64,000 nucleotides of DNA, taken from positions 72,451 through 136,450 of the forward strand of contig JAIYAC010000020.1 of NCBI GenBank assembly GCA_027489245.1. The letters run 5' to 3'. The translations under genes and the position numbers were made by a program. The notes under the pieces are model-generated. The model saw only the letters and a program-made list of their open reading frames with translations, was not told the DNA's origin and ran no database searches. Of this stretch, positions 19,939 through 31,538 are shown piece after piece; positions within the stretch are counted from its first letter, which is position 1, and every line of letters begins with the position of its first letter. This DNA is from Neisseriaceae bacterium. GTDB taxonomy: Bacteria > Pseudomonadota > Gammaproteobacteria > Burkholderiales > Chromobacteriaceae.

Positions 19939-20715
19939 CTAGCGCGCCTTCAGCAACGCCGCAATAAAGTCGAAAGACTCGCGATAAAGCTGCGACAAGG
20001 CGGGCTCCATCAGCGGCAGCGACAGGTACAGCGCCACAAAGCCGATAAACAGCGTGACGGGAAAGCCAAACGAGAACACGTTGAACTGCGGTGCTGCACG
20101 CGTCATCACCCCGATCGCCAGGTTCACCACCAGCAGCGTGCCCACGACCGGTAGCGACAGCCACAGCCCCCATTCAAACAGCTTGCCCCCCCATACGGCC
20201 AGGCTATACAGCGACGCCGCCGGAAACGGCGCACCCACCGGCATCAGGCGGAAGCTTTCGGTCAGGGTGGCAATCAACACCTGATGGCCGTCAAAGGTCA
20301 GGAAAATCAGGGTGGCAAACACGCTCAGTACGCGGGAGACCGCCGGTACCTGGGCAGAGTGCTGCGGGTCGAAAAACATGGCAAAGCCCAGGCCCATCTG
20401 GCTACCCATCAGGAAACCGGCCATTTCCACGCCGGTCAGCACGATACGCATCACCGTGCCGATGATGATGCCGATCAGCAACTGCTGGATCACGATCAGC
20501 GTGCCCTGGGCAGACACCACCGACACCTCGGGCATCGGCGGCAGTACCGGGGCCAGCAGGATGGTCAGAAACATGGCAAAACCCGCCTTGTAGCGACGCG
20601 GTATGCTTTTGGACGACAGCAGCGGGTCGGCCAGCATCAGGCCCACAATGCGGGCAAACGGCCACAGGAAATACGCCAGCAGCGCATTGATCTGGGCATC
20701 GCTGAAACTGATCAT
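19939..20715 (-). CDS. fliR: Flagellar export protein FliR
   Basis: [23 protein letters not shown] and synteny. Confidence 0.95.
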   Translation of the reverse strand: MISFSDAQINALLAYFLWPFARIVGLMLADPLLSSKSIPRRYKAGFAMFLTILLAPVLPPMPEVSVVSAQGTLIVIQQLLIGIIIGTVMRIVLTGVEMAGFLMGSQMGLGFAMFFDPQHSAQVPAVSRVLSVFATLIFLTFDGHQVLIATLTESFRLMPVGAPFPAASLYSLAVWGGKLFEWGLWLSLPVVGTLLVVNLAIGVMTRAAPQFNVFSFGFPVTLFIGFVALYLSLPLMEPALSQLYRESFDFIAALLKAR

Positions 20716-20718
20716 GCC

Positions 20719-20988
20719 TTAACCGATAACGCTGGGAATGCTCTGGAACAAGCGTGTCATGTAGTCCAGCAGCGTGGTCATCATCCACGGGCCGGCCAGC
20801 ACCAGCACCAGAAACATGGCGAGCAGCTTGGGGATGAAGGTCAGCGTCATCTCGTTGATCTGGGTAGCCGCCTGCAAAATGCTGACCAGCAAGCCCACCA
20901 GCAGCGATACGGCCAGCGGCGGTGCCGACACCAGAATCAGCACAAACAGCGCGTTTTGCACCAGGTTAATGACGGTTTCAGGGGTCAT
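20719..20988 (-). CDS. fliQ: Flagellar export protein FliQ
   Basis: QAATQINEMTLTFIPK. Confidence 0.97.
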   Translation of the reverse strand: MTPETVINLVQNALFVLILVSAPPLAVSLLVGLLVSILQAATQINEMTLTFIPKLLAMFLVLVLAGPWMMTTLLDYMTRLFQSIPSVIG

Positions 20989-20996
20989 GTCAGCTC

Positions 20997-21740
20997 CTAC
21001 TTGGCGGCAAAGCTCTGCACCAGCGAGCCCATGACCAGTGCCCAGCCATCGACCAGCACGAACAACATCATCTTGAATGGCAGGGAAATGATCACCGGCG
21101 ACACCATCATCATACCCATGGCCATCAGGATACTGGCCACCACCAGGTCAATGATCAGGAACGGGATAAAAACCATGAAACCGATCTGGAAAGCGGTTTT
21201 CAGCTCGCTCACCACAAACGCCGGCACCAGGGTTTTCAGTGACACGTCGGCTTTGCTGGCGGGGGCGGGTGACTGCGAGATCTCGATGAAGAACTGCAAG
21301 TCTTTCTCGCGCGTCTGCGACAACATGAAAGCCTTCATCGGGGTGGCCGCTTCATCGGCGGCCTGCTGGAAGCTGATGCGGTCTTCCGATAGCGGCACCC
21401 AGGCTTTGTTGTAGACCTGGTCCAGCGTGGGGGTCATCACGAAAATGGTCAGAAACAACGCCAGGCCGATCAGCACCTGGTTGGGCGGCGACTGCATGGT
21501 GCCCAGCGCCTGGCGCAGCAGCGACAGCACAATCACAATGCGGGTAAACGCGGTCATCATCAGCGTCATGGCCGGTATGAAACCCAGACCCGTCATGAAC
21601 AGCAGCATCTGCAGGCTAAGCGAATAGTTTTGCCCGCCGCCCGGCGCCGGGGTGCTATTCATCATGGGCAGGCCCGCGGCCCACACGCTTACCGGCAATA
21701 CCAGCGACAGCAGCATCACCAGCCATAACTTTCGTTTCAT
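20997..21740 (-). CDS. fliP: Flagellar export protein FliP
   Basis: [24 protein letters not shown] and [10 protein letters not shown]. Confidence 0.97.
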   Translation of the reverse strand: MKRKLWLVMLLSLVLPVSVWAAGLPMMNSTPAPGGGQNYSLSLQMLLFMTGLGFIPAMTLMMTAFTRIVIVLSLLRQALGTMQSPPNQVLIGLALFLTIFVMTPTLDQVYNKAWVPLSEDRISFQQAADEAATPMKAFMLSQTREKDLQFFIEISQSPAPASKADVSLKTLVPAFVVSELKTAFQIGFMVFIPFLIIDLVVASILMAMGMMMVSPVIISLPFKMMLFVLVDGWALVMGSLVQSFAAK

Positions 21741-22168
21741 TCGCCCTCGCCCCCTTGGCGCTTACGGCTTTTTTCGATGGCTGCGGCCAACCATTGCGCA
21801 AATGGCGGGGTAGCCGCAGCAACGTTGGCCGCATCGGCCTGCGGTGGTTTATCCATGGTCTTGAGCAGATTGACACTGCGGGCGGTCACGCCCAGTACCA
21901 GCCACTCGCCGCCCAGCTCCACAATCACCACGCGCTCGTGCGGGCCCACCATCACCCCGCTGACCACGCGGGCCGGCTGAAAACGGCCGAGCATGCTACC
22001 CATGGTAAAACGGCGAAACAGCCAGGCCGCGGCAAAAATCAGCCCCAGCACCAGCAGCAGGCCAAACACCATTTGCACCATGCTCCAGAAAGGCGAAGGC
22101 CCCTCTACCGGAGGGGCCGCCCAGGCCGGGCTGGCTAGCAGAACGCATAGCGTATAGTTCAGTTTCAT
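21737..22168 (-). CDS. fliO: Flagellar protein FliO
   Basis: TM helix plus [11 protein letters not shown]...LVLGVT; lies between fliN and fliP. Confidence 0.88.
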   Translation of the reverse strand: MKLNYTLCVLLASPAWAAPPVEGPSPFWSMVQMVFGLLLVLGLIFAAAWLFRRFTMGSMLGRFQPARVVSGVMVGPHERVVIVELGGEWLVLGVTARSVNLLKTMDKPPQADAANVAAATPPFAQWLAAAIEKSRKRQGGEGE

Positions 22169-22623
22169 TTTTGCAGGCGGCGGATACGTTCGGCAGGGGT
22201 AATGATATCGGTCAGGCGGATACCGAAACGGTCGTTCACCACCACCACCTCGCCCTGGGCAATCAGGCAGCCGTTTACCAGCACGTCCATCGGCTCGCCG
22301 GCCAGGCCATCCAGCTCTACCACCGAACCCTGCGCCAGCTGCAGCAGGTTGCGGATAGCGATCTTGGTACGGCCCAGCTCTACCGTGAGCTGTACCGGGA
22401 TATCCAGAATCATGTCCAGGTTTTGCGGTACCGATTGCGCACTGGCGGCACCGGAGAAGTCCTGGAACAGCGAGCTGGCAGTCTTGACCTCGGCAGCGGC
22501 GGCGCTTTCGGCCACCTCCTGCTCGGCCATGGCGGCGGCCCAGTCGTCCATGACGCCAGCGTCGCTACTACCGTCTACGGCACCCGCAACAGAATCCGGG
22601 TCAAAGGCTTGTTCTTCAGCCAT
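22165..22623 (-). CDS. fliN: Flagellar motor switch protein FliN
   Basis: LDIPVQLTVELGRT and GEVVVVNDRFGIR. Confidence 0.96.
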   Translation of the reverse strand: MAEEQAFDPDSVAGAVDGSSDAGVMDDWAAAMAEQEVAESAAAAEVKTASSLFQDFSGAASAQSVPQNLDMILDIPVQLTVELGRTKIAIRNLLQLAQGSVVELDGLAGEPMDVLVNGCLIAQGEVVVVNDRFGIRLTDIITPAERIRRLQK

Positions 22624-23626
22624 CTTCGTTCTCTCCATTGGGCAGGTCGGCCAGGTCGTGCGCGCCGGCCAGAATTGCATCGACTTTCAGTGCGTAGTTA
22701 CCGGTAACCGTGCCATAGCTACACTCCAGCACAGGAATGCCCGATACGTCTGCGACAATTTTTTCCGGGATCTCTACCATGACCACATCGCCCTCTTTCA
22801 GGTTCAGGATCTGGCCCAGGCTAATCTTGGCAGTAGCCAGCGTGGCCACCAGCTCCACCTCGGCCGCCTGCACCTGGCGTTGCATCAGGTTGACCCAGCG
22901 GTTATCCACCTCGGTGCGGTCGGCCTGCATGGTACTGGCCAGGATGTCCCGCAGCGGCTCCACCATCGAGTATGGCAGGCAAACGTGAAAATCGCCGCCA
23001 CCCGCCCCCAGCTCGATATGGAAAGTCACCGCCACCACTACTTCGGTAGGGGTGGCAATGTTGGCGAACTGGGTATTCATCTCGGAGCGCAGGTAGGAGA
23101 ACTCGATGGGGTACACCGGCTCCCAGGCTTTCTGGTACTCGGCAAACACCACTTCCAGCATTTTCTGGATAATGCGCTGCTCGGTAGGGGTGAAATCCCG
23201 GCCCTCTACCCGCACATGAAAGCGGCCATCGCTACCAAACAGGTTATCCACCACCAGGAACACCAGATCCGGGTCGAAAATCAGCAAGCCGGTACCACGC
23301 AGCGGCTTGATGTGCACCAGATTCAGGTTGGTGGGTACGACCAGATTGCGGATGAATTCGCTGTATTTCTGTACCCGTACCGGCCCCACCGATATCTCGG
23401 CATTGCGGCGGATAAAGTTGAAAAAACCGATACGCAGGTTACGCGCAAAACGCTCGTTGATAATCTCGAGCGTCGGCATGCGGCCGCGGACAATGCGCTC
23501 TTGCCGGCCGATATCGTACGACCGTACCGCGCCACTGTCCGCGCCACCACTTTCGTCGTCCTCTTCCCCGGTGACGCCACGTAATAGCGCGTCGACCTCT
23601 TCCTGGGACAGGATTTCATCAGCCAT
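22616..23626 (-). CDS. fliM: Flagellar motor switch protein FliM
   Basis: ILSQEEVDALL and ERIVRGRMPTLEIINERFAR. Confidence 0.97.
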   Translation of the reverse strand: MADEILSQEEVDALLRGVTGEEDDESGGADSGAVRSYDIGRQERIVRGRMPTLEIINERFARNLRIGFFNFIRRNAEISVGPVRVQKYSEFIRNLVVPTNLNLVHIKPLRGTGLLIFDPDLVFLVVDNLFGSDGRFHVRVEGRDFTPTEQRIIQKMLEVVFAEYQKAWEPVYPIEFSYLRSEMNTQFANIATPTEVVVAVTFHIELGAGGGDFHVCLPYSMVEPLRDILASTMQADRTEVDNRWVNLMQRQVQAAEVELVATLATAKISLGQILNLKEGDVVMVEIPEKIVADVSGIPVLECSYGTVTGNYALKVDAILAGAHDLADLPNGENEDG

Positions 23627-23631
23627 ACGGG

Positions 23632-24201
23632 TTACTGCTGCTGGATGATGAAGGAGGTGAACAGGACACTGTCTACCGGCTCTTCTTCGGCAGCGTCCAT
23701 GGATTCATTCATGATGCGCTTGATCTGGGCGCGCAGCTTCACCTTGCCTTCGGCCGACGCAACATCTTCTTCGGTTTTGGAAGACAGCAGCAAAATCACG
23801 GCACTGCGGATCTTGGGCATGTAGGCTTTGAAGTTGGTTTTGGCATGCTCATCCATCAGCTCGGCTTGCATTTCAAGCTGCAGCATCGGGGCTGTAGGGC
23901 CGCCGGACAGGTTCACCACGAATGGCTCCACTTTCTCGAAAATCGGCGGGCCTTCTTTTTTCTCTTTTTTCTTCGGGGCTTCTTCGTGCTCGGCTGCAGC
24001 AGCACCGTGCGGACCACCGGCAGCCGCTTCGGCTGCGTGCTTCTGGCCCAGGAACAGGTAGGCACCCAAACCGCCAACGGCAGCCAAGACCAGAACCAAA
24101 AGAACAATCACGATAATCATCAGCTTTTTATTGCCACCGGCCGGTGCCGGCGCTCCTGCAGCTGCTGCTTTCGGGTCTTCTTTTTTCTCTTTTTCAGCCA
24201 T
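23632..24201 (-). CDS. fliL: Flagellar basal body protein FliL
   Basis: Single TM helix, PFVVNL, PKIRS and VLFTSFIIQ. Confidence 0.93.
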   Translation of the reverse strand: MAEKEKKEDPKAAAAGAPAPAGGNKKLMIIVIVLLVLVLAAVGGLGAYLFLGQKHAAEAAAGGPHGAAAAEHEEAPKKKEKKEGPPIFEKVEPFVVNLSGGPTAPMLQLEMQAELMDEHAKTNFKAYMPKIRSAVILLLSSKTEEDVASAEGKVKLRAQIKRIMNESMDAAEEEPVDSVLFTSFIIQQQ

Positions 24202-24288
24202 TTGGGTTTAACTCGTCATGAGGAAATTGTTAAAGCGTATTTTCCCCATTTCCGGGCCAATTGAACAGCGTTTCCACAGATTAAAGCA

Positions 24289-25725
24289 TCAAGCGTGAAT
24301 ACTCAGGCCGTTTTGGCGTGTGGATACGGTAGACAGTGCCAACTCTGGCTCCGGCAGTTCAGCATCTTGGCCTGCCGCATGGCCAGATTGTTGCCCCTGC
24401 CTGCCTGCCTGGCGTTGCGCTTGCTCTTGCGCCTGCTGCTGTGCTTGCTGCTGCTGGGTAGAGACCTGGGTACTGCCAAGCTGAATGCCACTCTGTTCCA
24501 GCATGCGTGCCAGCTGGGGCAGGCTACTTTCTACAATGGCTTTGGCCTCGGGGTTGGCCGCCACCACGGAAATGGCTGCCTGGTCCTGGCTATCGAAACG
24601 AATCGAGATATCCAGCGGCCCCAGGTTTTCTGGCGATACTCGAATAGAAGCGCTATCCAGTTTCATGGCCACCATGCTGCCTACTTTCTCGCCAAAAGCT
24701 GACTGCCATTCGGCACTACGCGCCATCGGCGGGTCAATACGCCATTCTTGCGCTGCTGCGGCAGGCGCGGCAGTTGTCAACGCTGGCGGCAAGATTTGCC
24801 GCTGGCCTGCTACCATCTCTGCCGCCTCATGCGTCACCGTGCTGGCAGCCTGCCCGGCCTGCTGCATTTCCTTGCGGAACATCAGGCGTACGTCCGCTGG
24901 CAGGATATCAGCCTTGCCCGGTGCCGGCGTGGTCACAGCCTGCATCGGGGTGTCGTCACGGGCGGTAAAGCCGCTTTGCTGGCCGACCTGCTGGGCCAGC
25001 ACGGGGACGGTTTGCGCCGATGGCAACACCGTAGTCTGGCCGGCCTTGTCTGCCAGCAGTTTGCTTACATCCGACGCGGTAGCTGCCGGCAAGGCACTGG
25101 TATCGCGCCTGGACATGAGGGCATCAGGGCGCTGCTGGGCTGGTGCGGCCAACGGCAAGGTCCCCTGCACCGCCTGCTGCGCCACCACCACCGCAGCCGC
25201 CGGTGCGGGTTGACTCACTGCCGGGCTAGGCGCCGCTTGTGGCGCAGCCAACGGCAATGCCGCCATGCCAGCCTGTGCCGCGAGCAAAGCCTGGTCTGGC
25301 TGGGCGGGCTGGTCTTGCTGTTGCTGTTGTGTGCTGTCGCCCAATGCCGGCAAGGCCTGCTTTTCTTGCACGGGCGGGGGTGTGGGCACCGGGGGCTGCA
25401 GCAAACCGGACATCTGCATCATCATGGCCGCATCGGCCGCCGCAGGCTGTGCGACCAACGGTAGCTCTGCCGGCGAGGCCGGTGCGGCGGGTGTAGCCGG
25501 TAGCAGCGAAACAGGCGTAGCCACAGGCAAGCCCAGCGCGCTGCTCAGGTCGGCCTGCTGGCCATGCCCCCCTTCGCCAAGCTGGCCGGCAAACAGGCTG
25601 GCAAACAAGCTATCACCTGTGGTGGCAGCAGTTGCCCCCGCTGCGGACGTGGCTGCGCCCTGGCTGGCAACGGCCGCCGTGGGGCTGTGTGATACGGGTT
25701 TCAAGGAGAAGCTCATGGCCGGCAC
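24289..25725 (-). CDS. fliK: Flagellar hook-length control protein FliK
   Basis: Ala/Pro/Gln-rich region, C-terminal T3S4 domain (VSPENLGPL, LPQL..ML..SGIQL) and synteny. Confidence 0.88.
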   Translation of the reverse strand: MPAMSFSLKPVSHSPTAAVASQGAATSAAGATAATTGDSLFASLFAGQLGEGGHGQQADLSSALGLPVATPVSLLPATPAAPASPAELPLVAQPAAADAAMMMQMSGLLQPPVPTPPPVQEKQALPALGDSTQQQQQDQPAQPDQALLAAQAGMAALPLAAPQAAPSPAVSQPAPAAAVVVAQQAVQGTLPLAAPAQQRPDALMSRRDTSALPAATASDVSKLLADKAGQTTVLPSAQTVPVLAQQVGQQSGFTARDDTPMQAVTTPAPGKADILPADVRLMFRKEMQQAGQAASTVTHEAAEMVAGQRQILPPALTTAAPAAAAQEWRIDPPMARSAEWQSAFGEKVGSMVAMKLDSASIRVSPENLGPLDISIRFDSQDQAAISVVAANPEAKAIVESSLPQLARMLEQSGIQLGSTQVSTQQQQAQQQAQEQAQRQAGRQGQQSGHAAGQDAELPEPELALSTVSTRQNGLSIHA

Positions 25726-25750
25726 CCCATGTACGGAATGAGGCGGTTAA

Positions 25751-25767
25751 AGCAGGAAACATGCCAA
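25751..25767 (-). promoter_or_regulatory. Putative sigma54 promoter of fliK
   Basis: Minus strand TTGGCATGTTTCCTGCT with GG-N10-GC spacing. Confidence 0.6.
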
Positions 25768-25812
25768 TAGAAATGCAGCCACTACACTGCCCTGCCGGCC
25801 AGGCACATGTGG

Positions 25813-26238
25813 CTAGTCCGGCTTGGGCCGCGCTGCAAATTCGTCCAGCGCTTTTTGCTCTTGCCGCCGCTGGCGCAGCGCAAGGCGGGCTTTCTCGCGC
25901 TCTTGCAGTACTTCGTAAGACTTCAGCTGCTTGCGCTGCTGCAGCCACGCCTGTTTTTCCATCAGGAAGCGCTGCAGGCTGCGCTCTACCTCGCGCGTTT
26001 GCTGCTCGCGTGCATCGTCCAGTTTTTGCAAAAACAGGCGATAGTCGGCCCATTGCGCCACGCTGGTACCCGACTGGCCCAGCGACAGCATGCGCTGCTG
26101 ATAGTCGCCGATATAGCCCTTGATCTGCTCCAGCGTGTTTTCGGCCTGGGCATGCGCCAGCTGCGCCTTGCGCATGCGCTCTGCCGCCGCATCCATGCGG
26201 TCGGTGGCCAGGCGGACCAGCAGGGCAAATTTGCTCAT
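25813..26238 (-). CDS. fliJ: Flagellar export protein FliJ
   Basis: Coiled coil, Y..FL.KLD and REQKALDEFA-like C-terminus; follows fliI. Confidence 0.9.
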   Translation of the reverse strand: MSKFALLVRLATDRMDAAAERMRKAQLAHAQAENTLEQIKGYIGDYQQRMLSLGQSGTSVAQWADYRLFLQKLDDAREQQTREVERSLQRFLMEKQAWLQQRKQLKSYEVLQEREKARLALRQRRQEQKALDEFAARPKPD

Positions 26239-26248
26239 GATCTAGCCC

Positions 26249-27643
26249 TTAGCCCGCCAGCACGTCGTTCAGCAACAGCGTGGTCATGCCGGCATCCACG
26301 TTTTCATGCTGCGCCTGGGTGAGAAAGCCGGTGAGCCGGGTATGCAAGCGAATGGCTTCATCCAGCATCGGGTCAGAGCCGGGCACGTAGGCGCCGACGC
26401 TAATCAGGTCGCGGCTGCGCTGGTAGCGGGAGAACAGCTGCTTGAAGCGGCGGGCGCTGTCCATGTGCTCGCGTGGCACCACGTCTACCATCACGCGCGA
26501 AATGGACTGCTCGATATCAATAGCCGGGTAGTGGCCGGACTCGGCCAGCTCGCGCGACAGTACAAAGTGGCCATCCAGAATGGCCCGCGCCGAGTCGGCG
26601 ATAGGGTCTTGCTGGTCGTCGCCCTCGGACAGCACGGTGTAGAAGGCGGTGATGGAGCCGCCACCCGCTTCGCCATTACCGGCGCGCTCGATCAGCTGCG
26701 GCAGTTTGGCAAATACCGATGGCGGGTAGCCTTTGCTGACCGGCGGCTCGCCAATGGCCAGGGCAATTTCGCGCTGTGCCATGGCGTAACGGGTAACCGA
26801 GTCCATCAGCAGCAGCACGTCCAGGCCTTGGGCGCGATAGTACTCGGCCAGCGCCGTGGCGTAGGCGGCGCCGTGCAGGCGCATCAGCGGTGGCATGTCA
26901 GCCGGGGCGGCCACCACCACCGAGCGCGCCAGGCCTTCTTCGCCCAGAATGTGCTCGATGAAGTCTTTCACTTCGCGGCCCCGTTCGCCTATCAGGCCCA
27001 CCACCACCACATCGGCGCGGGTGTAACGCGCCATCATGCCCAGCAGCACGGATTTACCCACGCCCGAACCGGCAAAGAGGCCCAAACGTTGGCCGCGGCC
27101 AACCGTGAGCAGGCCGTTGATGGCCTTGACGCCGACATCCAGCACATGGCGTACCGGCGTACGCTGCAAGGGGTTCAAGGGCTGGCTGTACAGCGGAAAG
27201 TAGGCTTCCGGGAAAATCTGGCCCTTGCCGTCCAGCGGGCGGCCCAGCGAGTCCAGTACGCGCCCCAGCAGGCTCAGCCCTACCGGCACCTGGCGCCCCA
27301 GCGGGCCATTCACCTCGGCATTCACCTGCTGCTGCCCGTAGGCCGGTGGCTGAACGCTGCGCGCCGGCCGCACCGGCGTACCCGGCAATAGCCCCTGGAT
27401 ATTGGCTACCGGCATCAGAAACAGTTTGTCCCCGGCAAAACCGACCACCTCGGCTTCTACCTTGTGGCCTTGGGCGATGTGCACTTCACAGGCGCTGCCC
27501 ACCGGCAAACGCAGGCCAACGGCCTCCATCACCAGGCCGGTTACACGGGTGAGCTGGCCCTCTGGCAACCAGGCCGGGGTGGTGGCAATGGTTTGCTGAC
27601 AGGCCGCCAGATAGCTGCGCTGGCTTTGCAGCAGGTCAATCAT
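26249..27643 (-). CDS. fliI: Flagellar export ATPase FliI
   Basis: [18 protein letters not shown] and GEPP..KGYPPS. Confidence 0.97.
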   Translation of the reverse strand: MIDLLQSQRSYLAACQQTIATTPAWLPEGQLTRVTGLVMEAVGLRLPVGSACEVHIAQGHKVEAEVVGFAGDKLFLMPVANIQGLLPGTPVRPARSVQPPAYGQQQVNAEVNGPLGRQVPVGLSLLGRVLDSLGRPLDGKGQIFPEAYFPLYSQPLNPLQRTPVRHVLDVGVKAINGLLTVGRGQRLGLFAGSGVGKSVLLGMMARYTRADVVVVGLIGERGREVKDFIEHILGEEGLARSVVVAAPADMPPLMRLHGAAYATALAEYYRAQGLDVLLLMDSVTRYAMAQREIALAIGEPPVSKGYPPSVFAKLPQLIERAGNGEAGGGSITAFYTVLSEGDDQQDPIADSARAILDGHFVLSRELAESGHYPAIDIEQSISRVMVDVVPREHMDSARRFKQLFSRYQRSRDLISVGAYVPGSDPMLDEAIRLHTRLTGFLTQAQHENVDAGMTTLLLNDVLAG

Positions 27644-28421
27644 GCGCAGGCAACCCCAGCGCCTGGCGCAATGCGGCCAACCTTGGCGGCAGTGTCAGGT
27701 CCAGCTTGACGCTACCGGTATCCACGATGCAGCCGCCGCGCACGACCGCCTCATCCGCCAGCCACTGCCAGCTCACCCCCGAAAAGCGCTCCTGCGCAAA
27801 AGCCTGTATCACGGCCATGTCTTCCGGGTGGGCACGCACGCGTGCCTGTAGCAGGGCCTGCCCCAGCTCATCCAGCGCCGCCTGCAGCACGGGCAGAACA
27901 GCCGCTTTGTCCAACGCAATCTTGCTGGCGACAATCTGCTCGGCAAAACCGACGGCCAGCTGCAACACGTCGGCAGACAGGGCCGCGCCCAGCTGCTGCA
28001 GCTGGGTTTCCATGGCTTGCTGCAGCTCGGCCAGCGGAGCCCAGTAGCTCTCGAACTGCTGGGCGGCATCGGCCAATGCTTGCTGCGCGCCTTCTGCCTG
28101 CCCTTGCTGCAAGCCTTCCTCTTTGCCGGCCTCAAAGCCGGCCTGCCAGGCTTCCTGATGTATCGCCTCCAGCTCGGCTGCGGTCGGGTAAGCCGGCGGT
28201 GGCAACGCGCCTTCTGGCTCGACTGGCGGCTCGGGCGGCGTCTCGTCTGCTGGCGCCTGCTGCAAAGCAGAAACCCCCTCTGCGGGGGCTTCTGTCGCGG
28301 CAATGCTGGCTTCCGGCTGCGGGGCGGGCTGCGCCCCTATCTCGCCAAAGCGCCAGGACTGCCACTGACCCAGCGCTTCCGCCGGGATGATGTTGTTACT
28401 CGACAAGGCCTTCGTCTCCAC
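27636..28421 (-). CDS. fliH: Flagellar assembly protein FliH
   Basis: PTAAELEAI, AxxxG(xxxG)n repeats, HPED and RGGC. Confidence 0.9.
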   Translation of the reverse strand: METKALSSNNIIPAEALGQWQSWRFGEIGAQPAPQPEASIAATEAPAEGVSALQQAPADETPPEPPVEPEGALPPPAYPTAAELEAIHQEAWQAGFEAGKEEGLQQGQAEGAQQALADAAQQFESYWAPLAELQQAMETQLQQLGAALSADVLQLAVGFAEQIVASKIALDKAAVLPVLQAALDELGQALLQARVRAHPEDMAVIQAFAQERFSGVSWQWLADEAVVRGGCIVDTGSVKLDLTLPPRLAALRQALGLPAHD

Positions 28422-29394
28422 CTTTGCTTGCGATCACAATCTGGCCTTCGTCTGCCAGCTTGCGCACAATTTTGAGAATCTCTTTCTGCTCGGCTTCCAC
28501 TTCGGACAGTTTGACCGGGCCTTTGGATTCCAGATCGTCACGCAGCATTTCAGCCGCACGCGACGACATATTGCGGAAGATCTTGTCCTTGAGCTCCTGG
28601 CTGGTACCTTTCAGTGCCACCACCAGCGAGTCGGACTGCACTTCGCGCAGGATGGTCTGGATAGAGCGGTCGTCGATTTCCAGAATGTTGTCGAACACGA
28701 ACATCTTGTCCTGAATGCGCTGCGCCAGCTCCGGGTCGTACTCGCGGATGTACGACAGCGCAGACGCCTCCACATTGGACCCCAGGAAGTTCAGGATCTC
28801 GGCGGTCATGCCCACACCGCCCGCCGCGCTCTTCTTCACGCGGTCGGAGCCGGACAACAACTGGGTCAGCACGTCGTTCAGCTCGCGCAGGGCCTGCGGC
28901 TGCACGCCTTCCAGCGTGGCCGTACGAATCAGCACCTCGTTACGCATACGCTCGGGGAAATACGCCAGGATGGCGCTGGACAGGTCGGGATCCAGGTGCA
29001 CCATGATGGTGGCAATAATCTGCGGGTGCTCGTTGCGGATCAGGTCTGCCGCGGACGACGGGTCCATCCACTTCAGGCTTTCGATACCGCTGTGATCGTT
29101 GCCCTGCAGAATCTTGTCCAGCAGGTTGGCCGCTTTATCCGGCCCCAACGCCTCGACCAGCACGTTGCGCAGGTATTCGTCGGTGGCGCCGAAGTTGGCG
29201 CGGGCAGCACACTCTTCGCGGAACTGCCCCACGACTTTTTCGACTTCTTCATGGCTCAGGTTACTCAGGCTGGCCATGGCCAGGCTGAGCTTTTGTACTT
29301 CCTTGGGCCCCAGGTACTTGAATACCTCAATGGCCTCGGCCTGACCCAGGCTGAACAGCAGCACCGAGCTGCGACGAATACCGGCATCACTCAT
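28396..29394 (-). CDS. fliG: Flagellar motor switch protein FliG
   Basis: EHPQIIA, MFVF, NMSSRA and VEAEQKEI. Confidence 0.97.
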   Translation of the reverse strand: MSDAGIRRSSVLLFSLGQAEAIEVFKYLGPKEVQKLSLAMASLSNLSHEEVEKVVGQFREECAARANFGATDEYLRNVLVEALGPDKAANLLDKILQGNDHSGIESLKWMDPSSAADLIRNEHPQIIATIMVHLDPDLSSAILAYFPERMRNEVLIRTATLEGVQPQALRELNDVLTQLLSGSDRVKKSAAGGVGMTAEILNFLGSNVEASALSYIREYDPELAQRIQDKMFVFDNILEIDDRSIQTILREVQSDSLVVALKGTSQELKDKIFRNMSSRAAEMLRDDLESKGPVKLSEVEAEQKEILKIVRKLADEGQIVIASKGGDEGLVE

Positions 29395-31132
29395 CTGACG
29401 TTATCCATTCTTTAATGATCTGCGCAGCCATGCGCGGGTCAGCTTTCACCAGATCACGTGCAGCCTGCAGATGGGCTTCGTACTGGCGACGGGCTTGCTC
29501 TTTCGGATCACCACTATCACCGCCACCCGCTGTGCCGCCTTCACCACCGGCCTCGCTGCCCTCTTCGCCATCTTCACCCGCCACGGCCAGCAGGCGCCCG
29601 CCAGCCGCCGCAGCTTCTTCTGCGGTTTCCGGCGTGTCCGCGGCAGGGGGTTTAGCCACGTCACGCATAATCGGGCGCACCACACCAAACAGCAGGTACA
29701 GCACGGCAAGCGCCAGCAACCCATACTTGATCAACTCACCCGCATTGGCGCTGAGGAAATCCAGGGCACGGTCTTTTGCCGTGGTCACCGGCACGGCGTC
29801 GGCAAAGCTGGCATTCACCACGTTAACCGAATCACCACGATCTTTATTGTAGCCGATGGCTTCTTGCACCAAGCTCTGGATTTGGGCTGACTCTTTATCA
29901 GTGAGCGGTGTGGGTTTTGCCTCACCATTAGCATCCGGCACCATTTTGTAATTCACCACTACCGCAGCGGTCAGACGCTTGATATTGCCCTTAGGCATCT
30001 TGGTGTGCTGAATAGTCTTGTCGACTTCGTAATTGGTGGTGATTTCACGGTGCGTCGTGCCCGATGCGGTACCCATGGGCAAGCCAGACAGCGTAGCCGT
30101 ACCCGGGGCAGCACCCGGCGGTAGCGTTAACGGCGCAGAGGCTGCAGACGGCGGCTGGTTGGTCAGCGCACCCGGCACACCAGAAGGCAAGCTGGCATCT
30201 TTGCCCAGCGATTCGACAATCTGCTGACTGCGGGTAGCCGACGGGTTGGGCGTCGAGTTGGGGCGGTAGGTTTCCGAGGTTTGCTCCACTTCCGCAAAAT
30301 CTACCGCAGCGGTCACCTGGGCGCGGGCGTTACCCTTGCCAAAGATGGGTTCCAGAATGGCTTCGACCCGCTTGGCGTAGTCGGCTTCAATCTGGCGCAC
30401 GTAATCCAGCTGACGGCGATCCAGACCCGAGGCATTGTTCAGGTCTGGCAGGCTGGACAGCAGGTTACCGTCCTGGTCCACAATCGACACATTGCGCACC
30501 GGCAGATTAGGCACCGAGCTGGACACCAGGTGCAAAATACCGGCGATCTGGCCTGCATCCAGAATGCGCCCGCCACGCATGCTCAGCATCACCGACGCAG
30601 TGGGCAGCTGCTGCTCGCGCACAAACACACTTTGCTTGGGCATGGCCAGGTGGACACGGGCGGTTTCCACCACGCCGACCGACTCGATCGTGCGGGCCAG
30701 CTCACCCTCGATGGAACGCTGATAGTTCACCTGCTCGGCAAACTGGCTGATGCCGAATTTCTGCTTGTCCATCAGCTCGAAGCCGACACCGCCAGCCTTG
30801 GGCAGGCCCTGGCTGGCCAGCTTCAGCCGGACATCATAGACCTTGTCGCTAGGCACCGAAATCACCCCGCCATCACTGATCTGGTAGGGCACATTCATTT
30901 GCTGCAGCGAGGCAGTGATCTGGCCACCATCACGGTCGGCCAAGCCAGTAAACAGGACTTTGTAAGCGGGTTCGCGGTTAAAAGCGAAAAGGGCAATAGC
31001 AATAGACAACACCGCTGCAACAGCGGTGAAGAAGAGAATTTTTTTGTTGTTTGGAAGGGCCTTGAAGCGCTCTAGCACTTCGTTAAGGCGCACCTTCCAG
31101 GCAGGCGCAGCGTTGTCTACCAGATCAGCCAT
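29387..31132 (-). CDS. fliF: Flagellar MS-ring protein FliF
   Basis: GFELMD.QKFGISQF.EQVNYQR..EGELARTI and ARVHLA.PK.SVFVRE. Confidence 0.97.
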   Translation of the reverse strand: MADLVDNAAPAWKVRLNEVLERFKALPNNKKILFFTAVAAVLSIAIALFAFNREPAYKVLFTGLADRDGGQITASLQQMNVPYQISDGGVISVPSDKVYDVRLKLASQGLPKAGGVGFELMDKQKFGISQFAEQVNYQRSIEGELARTIESVGVVETARVHLAMPKQSVFVREQQLPTASVMLSMRGGRILDAGQIAGILHLVSSSVPNLPVRNVSIVDQDGNLLSSLPDLNNASGLDRRQLDYVRQIEADYAKRVEAILEPIFGKGNARAQVTAAVDFAEVEQTSETYRPNSTPNPSATRSQQIVESLGKDASLPSGVPGALTNQPPSAASAPLTLPPGAAPGTATLSGLPMGTASGTTHREITTNYEVDKTIQHTKMPKGNIKRLTAAVVVNYKMVPDANGEAKPTPLTDKESAQIQSLVQEAIGYNKDRGDSVNVVNASFADAVPVTTAKDRALDFLSANAGELIKYGLLALAVLYLLFGVVRPIMRDVAKPPAADTPETAEEAAAAGGRLLAVAGEDGEEGSEAGGEGGTAGGGDSGDPKEQARRQYEAHLQAARDLVKADPRMAAQIIKEWITSDE

Positions 31133-31189
31133 ACAGTGGTTGTTTCGTTATTGATCTTCCGCTGCAAGCCAAACCGGGGCAGCGCAGCG

Positions 31190-31510
31190 CTACACTTGCG
31201 TATTCATGATTTCCTGATAAGCCGAAACCAGCTTGTTCCTAGCCTGCACCATGGTCTGGAAGCTCAGACTGGCTTTCTGCATTGTCACCATCACGTCCTG
31301 GATGTCGACCCCCTCTTCACCCAGCTCGAAACGCTTTTGCAGCTCTTGTGATGTTTGCTGCACCTGATTGACCTGCTCCAGCGTCGATTTCAGCACATTG
31401 GAGAAATCAACTTCCGGTGTTTCCTCGGCCGCGGGTGCCTGCTTGCCTGCGGCAAGCGCAGACATGGCTCGAAGCTCTCCCAGCAGCTGATTGATGCCTT
31501 GCGTAGACAT
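31190..31510 (-). CDS. fliE: Flagellar hook-basal body protein FliE
   Basis: QKASLSFQ..VQARNKLVSAYQEIMN. Confidence 0.95.
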   Translation of the reverse strand: MSTQGINQLLGELRAMSALAAGKQAPAAEETPEVDFSNVLKSTLEQVNQVQQTSQELQKRFELGEEGVDIQDVMVTMQKASLSFQTMVQARNKLVSAYQEIMNTQV

Positions 31511-31538
31511 GTTGACCTCTACCCGTGAACGAATCTGC

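Noticed and set aside
24289-25725. Low-complexity Ala/Gln/Pro repeats
   Set aside because: This is normal for FliK.
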